A stretch of DNA of 64,000 bases. Source: an uncultured Gammaproteobacteria bacterium (GTDB taxonomy: Bacteria; Pseudomonadota; Gammaproteobacteria; UBA9214). A model generated the notes under the pieces. It was not told the DNA's origin and ran no database searches. It saw nothing but the letters and a program-made list of their open reading frames with translations. Shown in pieces: positions 38,630 to 48,652 of this stretch. The translations under genes and the position numbers were made by a program. The DNA is taken from NCBI GenBank assembly GCA_963748215.1, contig CAVVHS010000006.1:32001-96000 (forward strand), given 5' to 3'. Position 1 is the stretch's first letter, and each line of letters begins with the position of its first letter.

Positions 38630-40534
38630 ATGAATATAATGCCCACAGCGACCACACGTTGGATAAAGACGAGTCTCAGCCGCAAGTTTCTGTCAGGCGT
38701 CGCTGCAGGGCTGGTCGTGACCTCGCTTGTCTTCCTGTTGTTGTTTATGGCCATGTACCGCGCCCAGTTGCAGTCAGAACGCATCCAGGCCGTAGAAGAT
38801 ATTAATCGGCTGCTGCAGACGTCTCTGGAAAACGCAATGCTCAAGCGGGATCTGGACGGACTGCGCGACATCGTTGCCAGACTCGGTCAACAGGACGGCA
38901 TTGTTGGGGTAATGATCGTCAATCCGGACGGTGAAGTGCGTTTTGCCGCTGATCAGAACATGCTGGGGCACCAATTTTCCAGGGAAACGGATTCAGCCTG
39001 CCGCGTATGTCACTTGAGCGGAAGCATGCCTGACGACACCACTGTTTTTACCGTAAACGAACGGGGGCAGGAGGTCTTGCGCAGCGTTAACCCCGTGCAG
39101 AACAAGGCAGCCTGTATCGGTTGCCATGGCCCGATAGAGACTCATCCTGTCAACGGCGTCCTGTTTGTCGACTACGATGCATTGCCCATTCGTCGTCATG
39201 CGCAACAAACGACTTTGTTACTCATGGGATCCGGTGCCCTGGTGGTGTTGATCACGTTAACGGGTGGCTGGTGGTTTATGCGCCGATTCGTTCTGCAACC
39301 GGTACAGCAGTTGTGCAAAGCCAGCCAGGCGATGTCAGAAGGACAACTTGATGCGCGTGTCCACTTGCCCGTAACAGATGAACTGGGAGAGCTCGGCCGC
39401 ACTTTCAACGTGATGGGAGAACGTCTGGAGCGGAGTATGCGTGAATTACAGGAGAAAGATTTATTCCTGCAAGGCGTTGTGGATGCCATTCCAGACGGTA
39501 TTCGCGTGATAGACGATCAGTTCGCAATTGTGCTGTCCAATCAGGCCTATCGCCAGCAGCTGGGTCTTGCAGAGGAAGAAGAAAGCGCCAGGCCGTGTTA
39601 CCTTTCCAGCCACAAGCGTTATCAACCCTGCCCGCCAACACTGGTACGCTGTCCGCTTCACGAGATCCTGAAAAACGGCGAGCCTGTGAAAGTGCTCGAT
39701 CAGTTTATTGGTGCTGATGGTCGGCCGTTTTCCGTGGAAGTGGTTGCTGCACCCATGCAGATGCCTGTCGGGGATGACTCCAGGACCCTGATCGTGGAAT
39801 CAGTGCGTAATCTCGAAGAACATGTTCTGTTCTCACAGGAACAACGACTTTCAGAACTGGGACGACTCGCGGCTGGTGTGGCCCATGAAATTCACAACCC
39901 GCTGACATCTATACGCCTTGCACTGGACTCGATGGTGAAAGCGGGGAAGCAGGCTGATGGGAACCTTTCCAGGGCATGGGACTATCTTGAGGTTATTGAT
40001 TCACAGGTCGATCAGTGCATCAGCATAACAGAGCGACTCCTGAAAATGAGCCTGTCTCCTGGGCAGCGCCAGGTTGTGGATATGAATGTCGCGGTTGGCG
40101 AGGTTATATCACTGGTTGCATGGGAAGCCGAGAACAAGAGTGTTTCAATCCATCAAAAACTCGATCCAGGCAACCCGCGGGTCATTGCGACTGAAAGCGA
40201 ATTTCGTACTGTGATCCTGAATCTGGTGCAGAATGCCTTTCATGCAATGCCGGATGGTGGACGGATCGACATCTGCACCCGGAAGAATAACGGAAACGTA
40301 ATACTCATCGTCGGGGATACGGGGGTGGGCATTCTCCCTGAAGACCGGCCGCATATCTTCGAGCCTTTCTTCAGTCGCCGTGCTGACGGCGTGAATGGCA
40401 CAGGGCTCGGCTTATCCATTCTTCGGGCAGTTGTCGACCACTATGGCGGACGCATCGAGGTAGAGAGCCAGCGCGGTCAGGGTAGCCGATTCACCGTATT
40501 ATTTCCCGATGCCGATAGCGAGGGAAGGTACTAG
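38630..40534 (+). CDS. Sensor histidine kinase with periplasmic dihaem-c domain, HAMP, PAS, HisKA and HATPase
   Basis: Two TMs flanking CRVCH and CIGCH; DELGEL; AHEIHNPL; NLVQNA; DTGVGI; GTGLGL. Confidence 0.92.
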   Translation: MNIMPTATTRWIKTSLSRKFLSGVAAGLVVTSLVFLLLFMAMYRAQLQSERIQAVEDINRLLQTSLENAMLKRDLDGLRDIVARLGQQDGIVGVMIVNPDGEVRFAADQNMLGHQFSRETDSACRVCHLSGSMPDDTTVFTVNERGQEVLRSVNPVQNKAACIGCHGPIETHPVNGVLFVDYDALPIRRHAQQTTLLLMGSGALVVLITLTGGWWFMRRFVLQPVQQLCKASQAMSEGQLDARVHLPVTDELGELGRTFNVMGERLERSMRELQEKDLFLQGVVDAIPDGIRVIDDQFAIVLSNQAYRQQLGLAEEEESARPCYLSSHKRYQPCPPTLVRCPLHEILKNGEPVKVLDQFIGADGRPFSVEVVAAPMQMPVGDDSRTLIVESVRNLEEHVLFSQEQRLSELGRLAAGVAHEIHNPLTSIRLALDSMVKAGKQADGNLSRAWDYLEVIDSQVDQCISITERLLKMSLSPGQRQVVDMNVAVGEVISLVAWEAENKSVSIHQKLDPGNPRVIATESEFRTVILNLVQNAFHAMPDGGRIDICTRKNNGNVILIVGDTGVGILPEDRPHIFEPFFSRRADGVNGTGLGLSILRAVVDHYGGRIEVESQRGQGSRFTVLFPDADSEGRY

Positions 40535-40536
40535 TT

Positions 40537-41883
40537 ATGATAAAAACCATCCTGGTTGTCGAAGACGACAAGATTCTAAACCGGCTCATTGCCGAACACA
40601 TCGAACGCATAGGCTATGCGGTTCGGGCTGCGTACACCTGGGCAGAGGCCGATCAATATCTGGCGCACCATGAACCGGATCTCGTTTTGATGGATGTGCG
40701 ACTGCCGGACGCGAACGGGATGGAACTGCTTCCCCGGTTGGCAGGTGTGCAACCCGTCATTGTTGTCACTGCATACGGATCGGTGAAGGATGCCGTGAAA
40801 GCCATGCATGCAGGGGTCGAAGATTATCTGACCAAACCCATCAGCCTGGATGAATTGGAAATCGTGGTAAAGAGGACGCTGGATAATATCGCCATGCGAG
40901 CGGAACATCAATTTTGCATACAGCGGATGCAGGCCAGTGAAGGCAAAAAGCTCATGATTGGAAACAGCCCGGCCATGCAGGAGGTCCATCGCCTGATTGA
41001 TGCAGTTGCCGGTACCGATATGACCGTGCTTATTCAAGGAGAAAGTGGTGTCGGTAAGGAGCTCGTGGCGAAGACAGTCCATGAGCGCAGTAACCGGTCA
41101 AAATGTAATTTCGTTGCAGTGGACTGCTGCACCCTTCCGGAAAAACTGTTCGAATCCGAATTGTTCGGACACGAACGCGGTGCCTTCACCAGTGCTGACC
41201 GGCAAAAGAAAGGACTTATCGAGGGCGCCGGTGGCGGAAGCCTTTTTCTGGATGAGATAGGCGAAATCGAAATGGCGGTGCAGGCCAAACTGCTGCGCGT
41301 GCTCGAAACCGGGGTGTTTCGCCGGGTCGGAGGAACGAAGGATTTACGCGCCAATGTGCGGATCGTGGCGGCCACGAACAGCGACCTGGAAAAGGCCAGC
41401 CGGGAAGGAAGCTTCCGTTCCGACCTTTACTACCGCCTGAGTGCTTTTATCATTACAGTTCCTCCGTTACGCGAACGCCGTGAGGATATACCCGAACTCG
41501 TTGATTATTTTATAGGTAGTCGCGAATTTTCACGCCGCATCAATACCACGGTATCTCGTAGTGCGATGCGCGCCTTACTGGCCTATGACTGGCCAGGCAA
41601 TGTCAGGGAACTGAAAAACACAATCGAACGCGCCATCATACTTTCCTGGCAGACCAGGAAGATACGTCCAGAACATCTTGCGCCTATGATTGCCAGTACC
41701 GAGTCGTCAAGTTCGGTGACATTGACCTTCGATCATGAGCCGAGTCTTGCCGAGGTTGAGGGAAAGTATCTGCAGATGCTGCTGACGAAGTACTCGGGAC
41801 ATCGTTTGGACATAGCAAAAAGGCTGGGTGTCAGTGAAAGAAATATTTATCGATTGATCGATAAACATCAGCTAAAGAGCTGA
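40537..41883 (+). CDS. sigma54-dependent response regulator (NtrC family)
   Basis: Receiver domain VEDD/MDVRLP; GESGVGKE; ESELFGHERGAFTSA; FLDEIGE; WPGNVREL; HTH. Confidence 0.95.
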   Translation: MIKTILVVEDDKILNRLIAEHIERIGYAVRAAYTWAEADQYLAHHEPDLVLMDVRLPDANGMELLPRLAGVQPVIVVTAYGSVKDAVKAMHAGVEDYLTKPISLDELEIVVKRTLDNIAMRAEHQFCIQRMQASEGKKLMIGNSPAMQEVHRLIDAVAGTDMTVLIQGESGVGKELVAKTVHERSNRSKCNFVAVDCCTLPEKLFESELFGHERGAFTSADRQKKGLIEGAGGGSLFLDEIGEIEMAVQAKLLRVLETGVFRRVGGTKDLRANVRIVAATNSDLEKASREGSFRSDLYYRLSAFIITVPPLRERREDIPELVDYFIGSREFSRRINTTVSRSAMRALLAYDWPGNVRELKNTIERAIILSWQTRKIRPEHLAPMIASTESSSSVTLTFDHEPSLAEVEGKYLQMLLTKYSGHRLDIAKRLGVSERNIYRLIDKHQLKS

Positions 41884-42316
41884 CAGCACGACACACAGTG
41901 CTGGGTGATCAGCGGTAACATCCCGGGCTGCAATGCCCTTTACCCGGCAACTGCAAGCGGACCTTCCTTAGTCCGCCGCTCTCCCCGGGATCAATGCACC
42001 CAGGGTAAGATTGACCCATAATGCTTCCTGCAACGCCCGGTAAAGATCATCCGCTAACAGTTCCGTGATCTGGCGGGTAAAGGTCGGCGTCTATAAATGA
42101 TCGTACGCCAGTGAGGTATTCACCAGCGGCGTAGTACAGGCCAGGATTCAATCCGCGGACAGGTGAATCAGCGGTAGTCATGGCGCGTCTAAAACAAATG
42201 CCGGAAATCAGCAGAAAGAAGAACTTATTGGCCCAAAATTGCAATAATTCTAGACGCAGAATCGTAGTATATAGTTTATATAAAACAGAGAGATAAGTGT
42301 AGTTAGACAATCAGTA

Positions 42317-42445
42317 GGGGATGAGGGAATGGAACCGAATCTGAGGTTCACAAAATTGTCAGGAACAATTTTGAACGCCGCGAAGCGGCGGCCCCGAAGG
42401 GGCGGCGGACAGGGATGTCCGCCGTAAATCCTCTCACCCCGACCA
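42317..42445 (+). repeat. tRNA-linked structured repeat ending in a tRNA-Pro-like ...CCGACCA (att relic D)
   Basis: ggggatgaggga...ggttcacaaaattgtcaggaacaattttgaac...aatcctctcaccccgacca. Confidence 0.8.
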
Positions 42446-42459
42446 ATGGTGAGCTTGAT

Positions 42460-42830
42460 CGGTTCCTGAATATCGAGTCGCCGATTACCTGACCAAGGTC
42501 TACGATGTGGCCATTGTCGGGGCCGGTCCGGCCGGTATGTCGGCCGCAATCTATGCCGTGCGCAAGAATCTTTCGAAGCTGATAATTACCTCCGACATTG
42601 GCGGGCAGTTGGGTGCCACCTATGAGGTTGGCAATTACCCATGCATTCAGATGATCACCGGGCCAGACCGTCGAGCAGTTCGAAGTACACCTGGACAAGG
42701 TGCGCAGTGCCGATCGGGTCGAATCACTGACATTGCATGATCCGGTCGAGATTCACGGGTCGGGGCAGGTGGAAGGAGTCACGGTGAACAATCTTCAGAC
42801 AGGCAAGGTCCGAAGACTCGATGTGCAGGG
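42460..42830 (+). pseudogene. Thioredoxin reductase/AhpF-like relic
   Basis: YDVAIVGAGPAGMSAAIYAVRK...IGGQL, then jumps to EIHGSGQVEGVTV...LDVQG. Confidence 0.75.
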
Positions 42831-42873
42831 GTACGAGCAATTGGCCGAGAAAAATCGTCCGCTCGGTATAGCG

Positions 42874-43224
42874 ATGAACATCGAACTGGACATGCCTGAA
42901 CATTCATTGGAGGAGGTTGATTGTGAAGACTGGCTTGGCAACCAGTCGCCGAACGTATACACGGTATAATTGATTTCAACGTGGCATCCTGATGGTGCTT
43001 GCAAACTGGCACGGCAATACGATCTGGCAGAGTACGTGGTTTGCAGCTCTGCACACGAGGAACACACCCGCCATGCCCTGTTACTCGGTGCTTACCCTGG
43101 TGCCGATGCAGCAAGGGAAGCAATAACGGGTTTGCCGCCTGAGTTAAAAACCGGCAGGCCATGGATTAGAGAAATTACAGGTCTCAAGCAGTTGATGGTA
43201 AGTAACAGCCGGCAAGCCGAGTAA
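42874..43224 (+). pseudogene. SPOR-domain (DamX-like) gene with in-frame TAA at 42967
   Basis: WLGNQSPNVYTV*L...LLLGAYPGADAAREAITGLPPELKTGRPWIR; same frame on both sides of the stop. Confidence 0.7.
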
Positions 43225-43306
43225 GAGGCAGCCGTACCGATGTATATCAGGGAAAAATGTGCTTTGACAGCATTATTTGTAGTTTAACCGGGATGAGGAA
43301 TGCGCC

Positions 43307-43570
43307 ATGAATGAAACCAGAAAGTATATCGATGACATGCTCGATGAACTCAGGAAAGAGCGTGAAGAGCTCAAGCTGAAACTTGCTCTGGCCAAGATGG
43401 AGGCGGGTGACGAGTGGGAGAAACTTGAAGGCAAACTGCAGAAGCTCGAGTCCAAGGCCAGTGAGCTTGGCGATGCCACCGCGGAAGCTTCAAAGGGTAT
43501 CGGAGCGGCAGCGCAACTGCTCGGCGAGGAGATCCGGAAAGGATTCAGGATTATCGCCAAACGCCTTTAA
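43307..43570 (+). CDS. Small coiled-coil hypothetical protein
   Basis: GAGGA RBS; heptad pattern ELKLKLALAKMEAGDEWEKLE. Confidence 0.75.
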   Translation: MNETRKYIDDMLDELRKEREELKLKLALAKMEAGDEWEKLEGKLQKLESKASELGDATAEASKGIGAAAQLLGEEIRKGFRIIAKRL

Positions 43571-43853
43571 CCGGAAGGCATCTCAGGATTGGAACCCGGC
43601 CCAGTTGCCTGATATCGCAGGTGTGCGGACCCATCAGTGAGACAAGCGCATGCCTTGCCCTTCGTTTGCAGGGAAATCCGTATTGTGCACAGGCCACAGC
43701 AAGATGAATGCAAACAATTGCGATGTATATCATCACGGTTGTGAACTCTGGTCGGGCTTGCGAGATTGTGAAATGTTTTTACCGTGCAGGAACTATAATA
43801 GCAACGTAAGGTCGCATCCCGTGACGTGGATAATTCAGGCAAGGAGAGAATCA

Positions 43854-44090
43854 GTGGTAACTCAAATACACCATCAGAAACAGACAAAGGCAGCAAAGCA
43901 AAACGCGGCAACGCTATCAGAAGCAAAGCATCAGGCGGCCCGGGATGTCACTCCGGAACAGCGACATCAGATGATCGCGGTAATAGCCTATCTTATCGCC
44001 GAACAGCGTGGCTTTCAGGGCGATATGGCATTGAATGACTGGTTACAGGCAGAAGTGGAAGTGGATGACAGCGTCACAGCTCGACATTGA
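43854..44090 (+). CDS. DUF2934 protein
   Basis: AAGGAG then GTG; RHQMIAVIAYLIAEQRGF...DWLQAEVEV. Confidence 0.75.
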   Translation: MVTQIHHQKQTKAAKQNAATLSEAKHQAARDVTPEQRHQMIAVIAYLIAEQRGFQGDMALNDWLQAEVEVDDSVTARH

Positions 44091-44117
44091 ATGATGCCTG
44101 GAGGCGAGGGTGGCCGT

Positions 44118-44450
44118 GTGACGCCGAAGGTGCGTGCAGGTGTGCCCTTGCCAATGGGTGCGCGCTAGCGCAATGCGGGAATCAACTTCGCAATATTCAG
44201 CTGCAATATCAACGCTGTCAGCCTGCTGCTGTCCAGTAGTCAGCGGGATAATAAGCCACCGTTACAGTAACGCTTGGTCCCCGGCAGAACCGTACCGGGG
44301 ATAAGTGGCATCTGTGGGTGAACGGTAACGGTCTGGGCACCCGCTATGCCTGCCCGTTCGATGGGTCGTATGCACCCGGGCAGGGTGATCGCTTCAACCA
44401 AAACAGGCTCCTGTTCGACCCGCATGCGACAGCGCTTGCCGGCACCGGGT
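44118..44450 (+). pseudogene. glgX: Heavily decayed N-terminus of a third glgX
   Basis: GVPLPMGAR*RNAGINFAIFS..., NRTGDKWHLWV, RFNQNRLLFDPHA, with stops and frameshifts. Confidence 0.65.
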
Positions 44451-44699
44451 GACGGGACTTCGCGCGTGCCTGCAGCAATTACGTATTAAATACCGATGAG
44501 ATAATGCAGCGGTAAAGCCCCGGTGCCCGGTGCCGGATGGCCGTAAGACCGGGAGAGCGGCCAGCCACCGTGAATCCCACGGTCCGGCATGTGATCCATG
44601 AAACACGTGTACGGTTTTCTCACGATAACCCCTCGTTAGCGGTCGGCATACGGCGGTCTGTCCACGCTCGGCAGCATAGAGCGGCGCCCGGCCAGCTTT

Positions 44700-45509
44700 T
44701 TGTGCGCGTGTCTGGATGCAATGGTATGGCGGCCTGGGTATCGTCGTGCTGTCGATCACCCTGCTCATGGGGCATCGCGCTGCTGCGCGGTAGCTGGCAG
44801 ACCCGGTTGAAAGCGGGGAGACGCTGATCGCAATGTCGCGCATCCATGCGCGGCACAGCCTTGTCATCCATGTGTGCCTGACCCTTCTGGGCCGGCCGTG
44901 GTGTAGCCTCCGGCCGGTGAAGGCTTCGATGCCCTGCTGCTGGTACTGGCGGCGGTCTCGACAGGCGGCTTTTCCGCGTTCGATGCCAGTCCCGCCGGGC
45001 CGGGGTCAATGATCACCATGGCGGTGCTGGCAGACGCCCTGCTGGGTGCGGTGTCGATGCCATTGTACTGGCGTGTGGTGCAGGCGGGGCCGGGTGGGAG
45101 TTTGCGTGCACTTTTCGGCGATGTTGAGCTGCGTATGCTGCTGGCCGGCTGTCTGCGGGCGGGAGGTTTGCTGACCTGGTTCGCCTGGGAGCATGGCACG
45201 GCAAGGTACTGGTTCCACGGGCTGCTGATGGGCATTTCCGCCCTGACGACCACGGGCTTTGCCACCCTGCCGGTAGCGGATATGGGTACGGCCACGAAGC
45301 TGCTGATGAGCATCGCCATGCTGGTGGGTGGCAGCGTCGGTTCCACCGCCGGCGGCTTCAAATTATTGTGCCTGCTGATCCTCTGCATGCTGCAACTGAC
45401 ACTGCGTCGCCTGGCGATGCCGCCATATGCCGTGGCGGTGCCCTATCGCTCGGGGCATAAGCTTGACAACGATGACATACTGCGGTCCTTGATGATATCG
45501 CAGCGATGA
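44700..45509 (+). pseudogene. trkH: TrkH potassium uptake protein relic
   Basis: AVSTGGFS, SALTTTGFAT, MLVGGSVGSTAGGFK pore-loop motifs; broken and truncated. Confidence 0.75.
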
Positions 45510-45654
45510 TTCTGTTACAGGATGAAATCAGCTTCAAAGCCAGGCAAACGCCCGTTGTCCGGACACGCAAGGCAGCCAGGTGGAAGCTATACTCTTGTTA
45601 GTGCCGCCCCGTCGCGGGTATTCAGTCACACTGGAAGAATCAGGAGCCAGGTCT

Positions 45655-46083
45655 ATGCCGGTCTACGAACACATTCTCGCTGCCGTTGATTTGGGCGATC
45701 ATAGCGCAAGGGTGTTGCAGCATGCGCAAGCAATGGCACAATTGTGCGAAGCAGAACTAACCGTCCTGCATGTCGTGAACGATAGCCTGCCTACAGATGT
45801 GGATAACCTGATCGCGCTCGCGGACGATCTCGAAAGCAAGCTGGTTGAGGCTGCTGAGAAACAGCTGCATGAATTGCTGGAGCGGGAAGCACTCACCAGC
45901 AGTGTCCGGACTTCCATCGTGTCCGGACGTCCCAGGGTCGAGATTGTGCACATCGCCGAAAGAGAGAAGGCGGATTTGATCGTCCTGGGCGCGCACGTCC
46001 GGCACGGTCTTGCCGGTCTGTTCGGCTCCACTGCGAGCCACGTACTGACCCAGGCAGCCTGCAATGTACTGGTCGTGCGTTAG
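45655..46083 (+). CDS. Universal stress protein
   Basis: YEHILAAVD, LTVLHV, ADLIVLGAH, FGSTASHVL...VLVVR. Confidence 0.92.
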   Translation: MPVYEHILAAVDLGDHSARVLQHAQAMAQLCEAELTVLHVVNDSLPTDVDNLIALADDLESKLVEAAEKQLHELLEREALTSSVRTSIVSGRPRVEIVHIAEREKADLIVLGAHVRHGLAGLFGSTASHVLTQAACNVLVVR

Positions 46084-46187
46084 GCAGTCTCCGGTTGACT
46101 GATTCCGTGTTGATGAAAGTGCTTCGCAACGCCTGCAATGACAGGTTGCCTGGGTTGATCGGGGGTTCCTGAGCAAAGGTAGTTCAT

Positions 46188-46829
46188 ATGAGCGGCTTTA
46201 CATCGTCCTACTCGCTGCTGCCACCCGTGGTCAGGACCTTGCTGATCGCCAACGGCCTGATGTTCATTTTCGAGCTTTACTATGGCGAGCCGCTGATTAC
46301 CGCCCTGGCGCTTTGGCCGCTGGGCCAGTCGGGCAGTTTTCCGGATCAGCCTGTACAGCAGCATTTCCAGCTGCTGCAGCTGGTGAGCTACAGTTTTCTG
46401 CATGGCAGCGTGATGCACCTGTTTCTGAATATGTATGCCCTGTGGCTGTTCGGCACGCGTATGGAGAATGTCTGGGGCTCCGCTGCATTCACCGTTTATT
46501 ATTTTGTGTGTGTGATCGGTGCCGGACTGGTGCAGCTGCTGGTGTCCACACAGAGCGGCGACTACTACCCGACCGTCGGTGCCTCCGGTGGCATATTCGG
46601 GCTGTTGCTCGCATTTGGCATGCGGTTTCCGAATGAAGTGCTGCTGCTGGTGTTCCCGCCGGTGGCATTGCCGGCAAAATGGTTCGTAACGATTTATGCA
46701 GGCATCGAGCTGTTCGCGGGCGTTACCGGGACCGCGGCGGGGGTGGCGCATTTTGCCCATCTGGGCGGCATGTTGTTCGGTTATCTCCTGATACGGTACT
46801 GGCGCATGCGCCCGCCCGGAGCACGTTGA
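46188..46829 (+). CDS. Rhomboid family intramembrane serine protease
   Basis: FLHGSVMHLFLNM, VGASG, AHFAHLGG. Confidence 0.93.
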   Translation: MSGFTSSYSLLPPVVRTLLIANGLMFIFELYYGEPLITALALWPLGQSGSFPDQPVQQHFQLLQLVSYSFLHGSVMHLFLNMYALWLFGTRMENVWGSAAFTVYYFVCVIGAGLVQLLVSTQSGDYYPTVGASGGIFGLLLAFGMRFPNEVLLLVFPPVALPAKWFVTIYAGIELFAGVTGTAAGVAHFAHLGGMLFGYLLIRYWRMRPPGAR

Positions 46830-46941
46830 CCTTATTATGAAAACGGAGCGGGTCAGTTGCTGACCGTGTCAGGGGCTTTGGCAGAGAATTATCTCCATGG
46901 CGTGAAATTACAAGGCGCAATCAAGGTTGTATCTTTCTTCC

Positions 46942-47313
46942 TTACAGAAAACCCCGAACCAGGTAAAAACTCAACAGCAGCCCGAGAATCCCGATAATAG
47001 CGTTCGTGATTATTCCCAAACGAACGTTGTAACCACCGGGTATTTCAACCGGTCTTAATGTCTTCAGTACCTGCCGGTACTGGTTTATCGAAACGAATGC
47101 CAGGAACGAGGCGAGCAGGATAAAGGAGATACCTACGATGAAAGAAATATGTCGTTGAAAAACCTTTATTTCGTCTTTACCCGCGATCTCGAGAAACAGG
47201 CCAAAACGTTCTATAACAAAACCGAACGCCATAAGTGAAATGCTGGTTCTGTTCCACGCCAGCAAGGTGCGTTCGGCAGCAAACAGCACTCTTGGATCAT
47301 TCAGGTCGGACAT
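46942..47313 (-). CDS. YidH/DUF202 membrane protein
   Basis: DPRVLFAAERTLLAWNRT; three TMs. Confidence 0.9.
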   Translation of the reverse strand: MSDLNDPRVLFAAERTLLAWNRTSISLMAFGFVIERFGLFLEIAGKDEIKVFQRHISFIVGISFILLASFLAFVSINQYRQVLKTLRPVEIPGGYNVRLGIITNAIIGILGLLLSFYLVRGFL

Positions 47314-47347
47314 CTGTGATACCTTGAATTAAATTATCTGAGAGCAA

Positions 47348-48319
47348 TCAGGCGCCGGGCACCAACAGCGGCGTCCCGTTCATTTCGTGCCATTGCAGTA
47401 TGCCGTCCCAGATTTCCTGTGCCGTTTCGGCGTACCAGAACAGCTCGCGGTCCTCTTCATCGATTACGCCTTCCTCGACCAGAAAATCCACGCTGAAGGC
47501 CTTCCGCCAGTACGCTTCACCGACGAGCACGATCGGTACCGGCTTGATCTTGCGTGTCTGCACCAGGGTCAGGGTCTCGAACAACTCGTCGAACGTACCA
47601 TAACCACCCGGAAATGCCACCAGCGCCCGGGTGCGTAACAGGAAGTGCAGTTTGCGCAAGGCGAAGTAGTGAAAGCGGAAACACAGGTCCGGTGTAATAT
47701 AGGAATTTGGATACTGTTCGTGCGGCAGCTTTATGTTCAGGCCGATGGACTTGCTGCCCTCGTCATGGGCGCCGCGATTGGCGGCTTCCATTATGCCGGG
47801 GCCGCCACCGGTCATGATCACCAGCTGACCGTCGCGTGATTGCTTGCCGGCCCGGCTCACCAGTCGGCCGAACGCCTGGGCTACCTCGTAATAAGAACTT
47901 TTGGCCAGTACCCGCTCGGCAACATGCAATTGCCGCTGCAAGCCGGTATTGTCGGGATCACCGGCGAGTTGCTCGCGCGTCTTATCCAGCCTGGCCTGCG
48001 CGGTTGAAGGGTCATGAATCCGTGTACTGCCAAACACGACAACGGTGTGCCGGATATCATGTTTCTGGAGCAGAAACTCCGGTTTCTGATAGTCAATTTG
48101 CAGACGCACGCCACGGGTTTCGTCCAGGTTGAGAAAATCGACATCCTGATCAGCCTGGAGATAGCTGGGATTTTCGAGGATTGCCTGCACACGATCCTGC
48201 ACTCCGGGATCCTCTGCTGCGGGTTTGGGCTGGCATCCCGGCAGTGGCTGGCGTCGTTGCTGCGGGTGTGGCGGGGCAGGGATGCGTGCCTGCCCTGGGG
48301 CGCCGTTATTTTTCTTCAT
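47348..48319 (-). CDS. LOG family (TIGR00730) nucleotide-binding protein
   Basis: VFGSTR, TGGGPGIMEAANRGA, FHYFALRK, FPGGYGTFDEL. Confidence 0.92.
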   Translation of the reverse strand: MKKNNGAPGQARIPAPPHPQQRRQPLPGCQPKPAAEDPGVQDRVQAILENPSYLQADQDVDFLNLDETRGVRLQIDYQKPEFLLQKHDIRHTVVVFGSTRIHDPSTAQARLDKTREQLAGDPDNTGLQRQLHVAERVLAKSSYYEVAQAFGRLVSRAGKQSRDGQLVIMTGGGPGIMEAANRGAHDEGSKSIGLNIKLPHEQYPNSYITPDLCFRFHYFALRKLHFLLRTRALVAFPGGYGTFDELFETLTLVQTRKIKPVPIVLVGEAYWRKAFSVDFLVEEGVIDEEDRELFWYAETAQEIWDGILQWHEMNGTPLLVPGA

Positions 48320-48418
48320 CGCGGTATTCCCTCGCGTCCTGAATGTTGCCCGTGAATATTACGTGACAATGCACTACCTGATATATCGATGTGTGCTTCA
48401 GGGCGTTGCAGGTGTCGA

Positions 48419-48652
48419 TCAGTCATAGGATTCGGGCAGGTTTTGCTCCCTGTCCCGCTGCATGCGCGACAGGTGACTGTGCAGCAGCCAGCCGACTGCA
48501 ATTCCTGTCAGCAGGATAAACACGAACATCAATGCCCTTGACATGACCACTTTCCAGAACAGGAAGCGCAGTTCGACAACCTCGGCGTTTTGAACGATAA
48601 AAATACTTGCCAGCGCAACCAGCAGCAGGATCGAGAACAGTTTCCAGTTCAT
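48419..48652 (-). CDS. LapA/DUF1049 small membrane protein
   Basis: IFIVQNAEVVELRFLFW; two TMs. Confidence 0.8.
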   Translation of the reverse strand: MNWKLFSILLLVALASIFIVQNAEVVELRFLFWKVVMSRALMFVFILLTGIAVGWLLHSHLSRMQRDREQNLPESYD

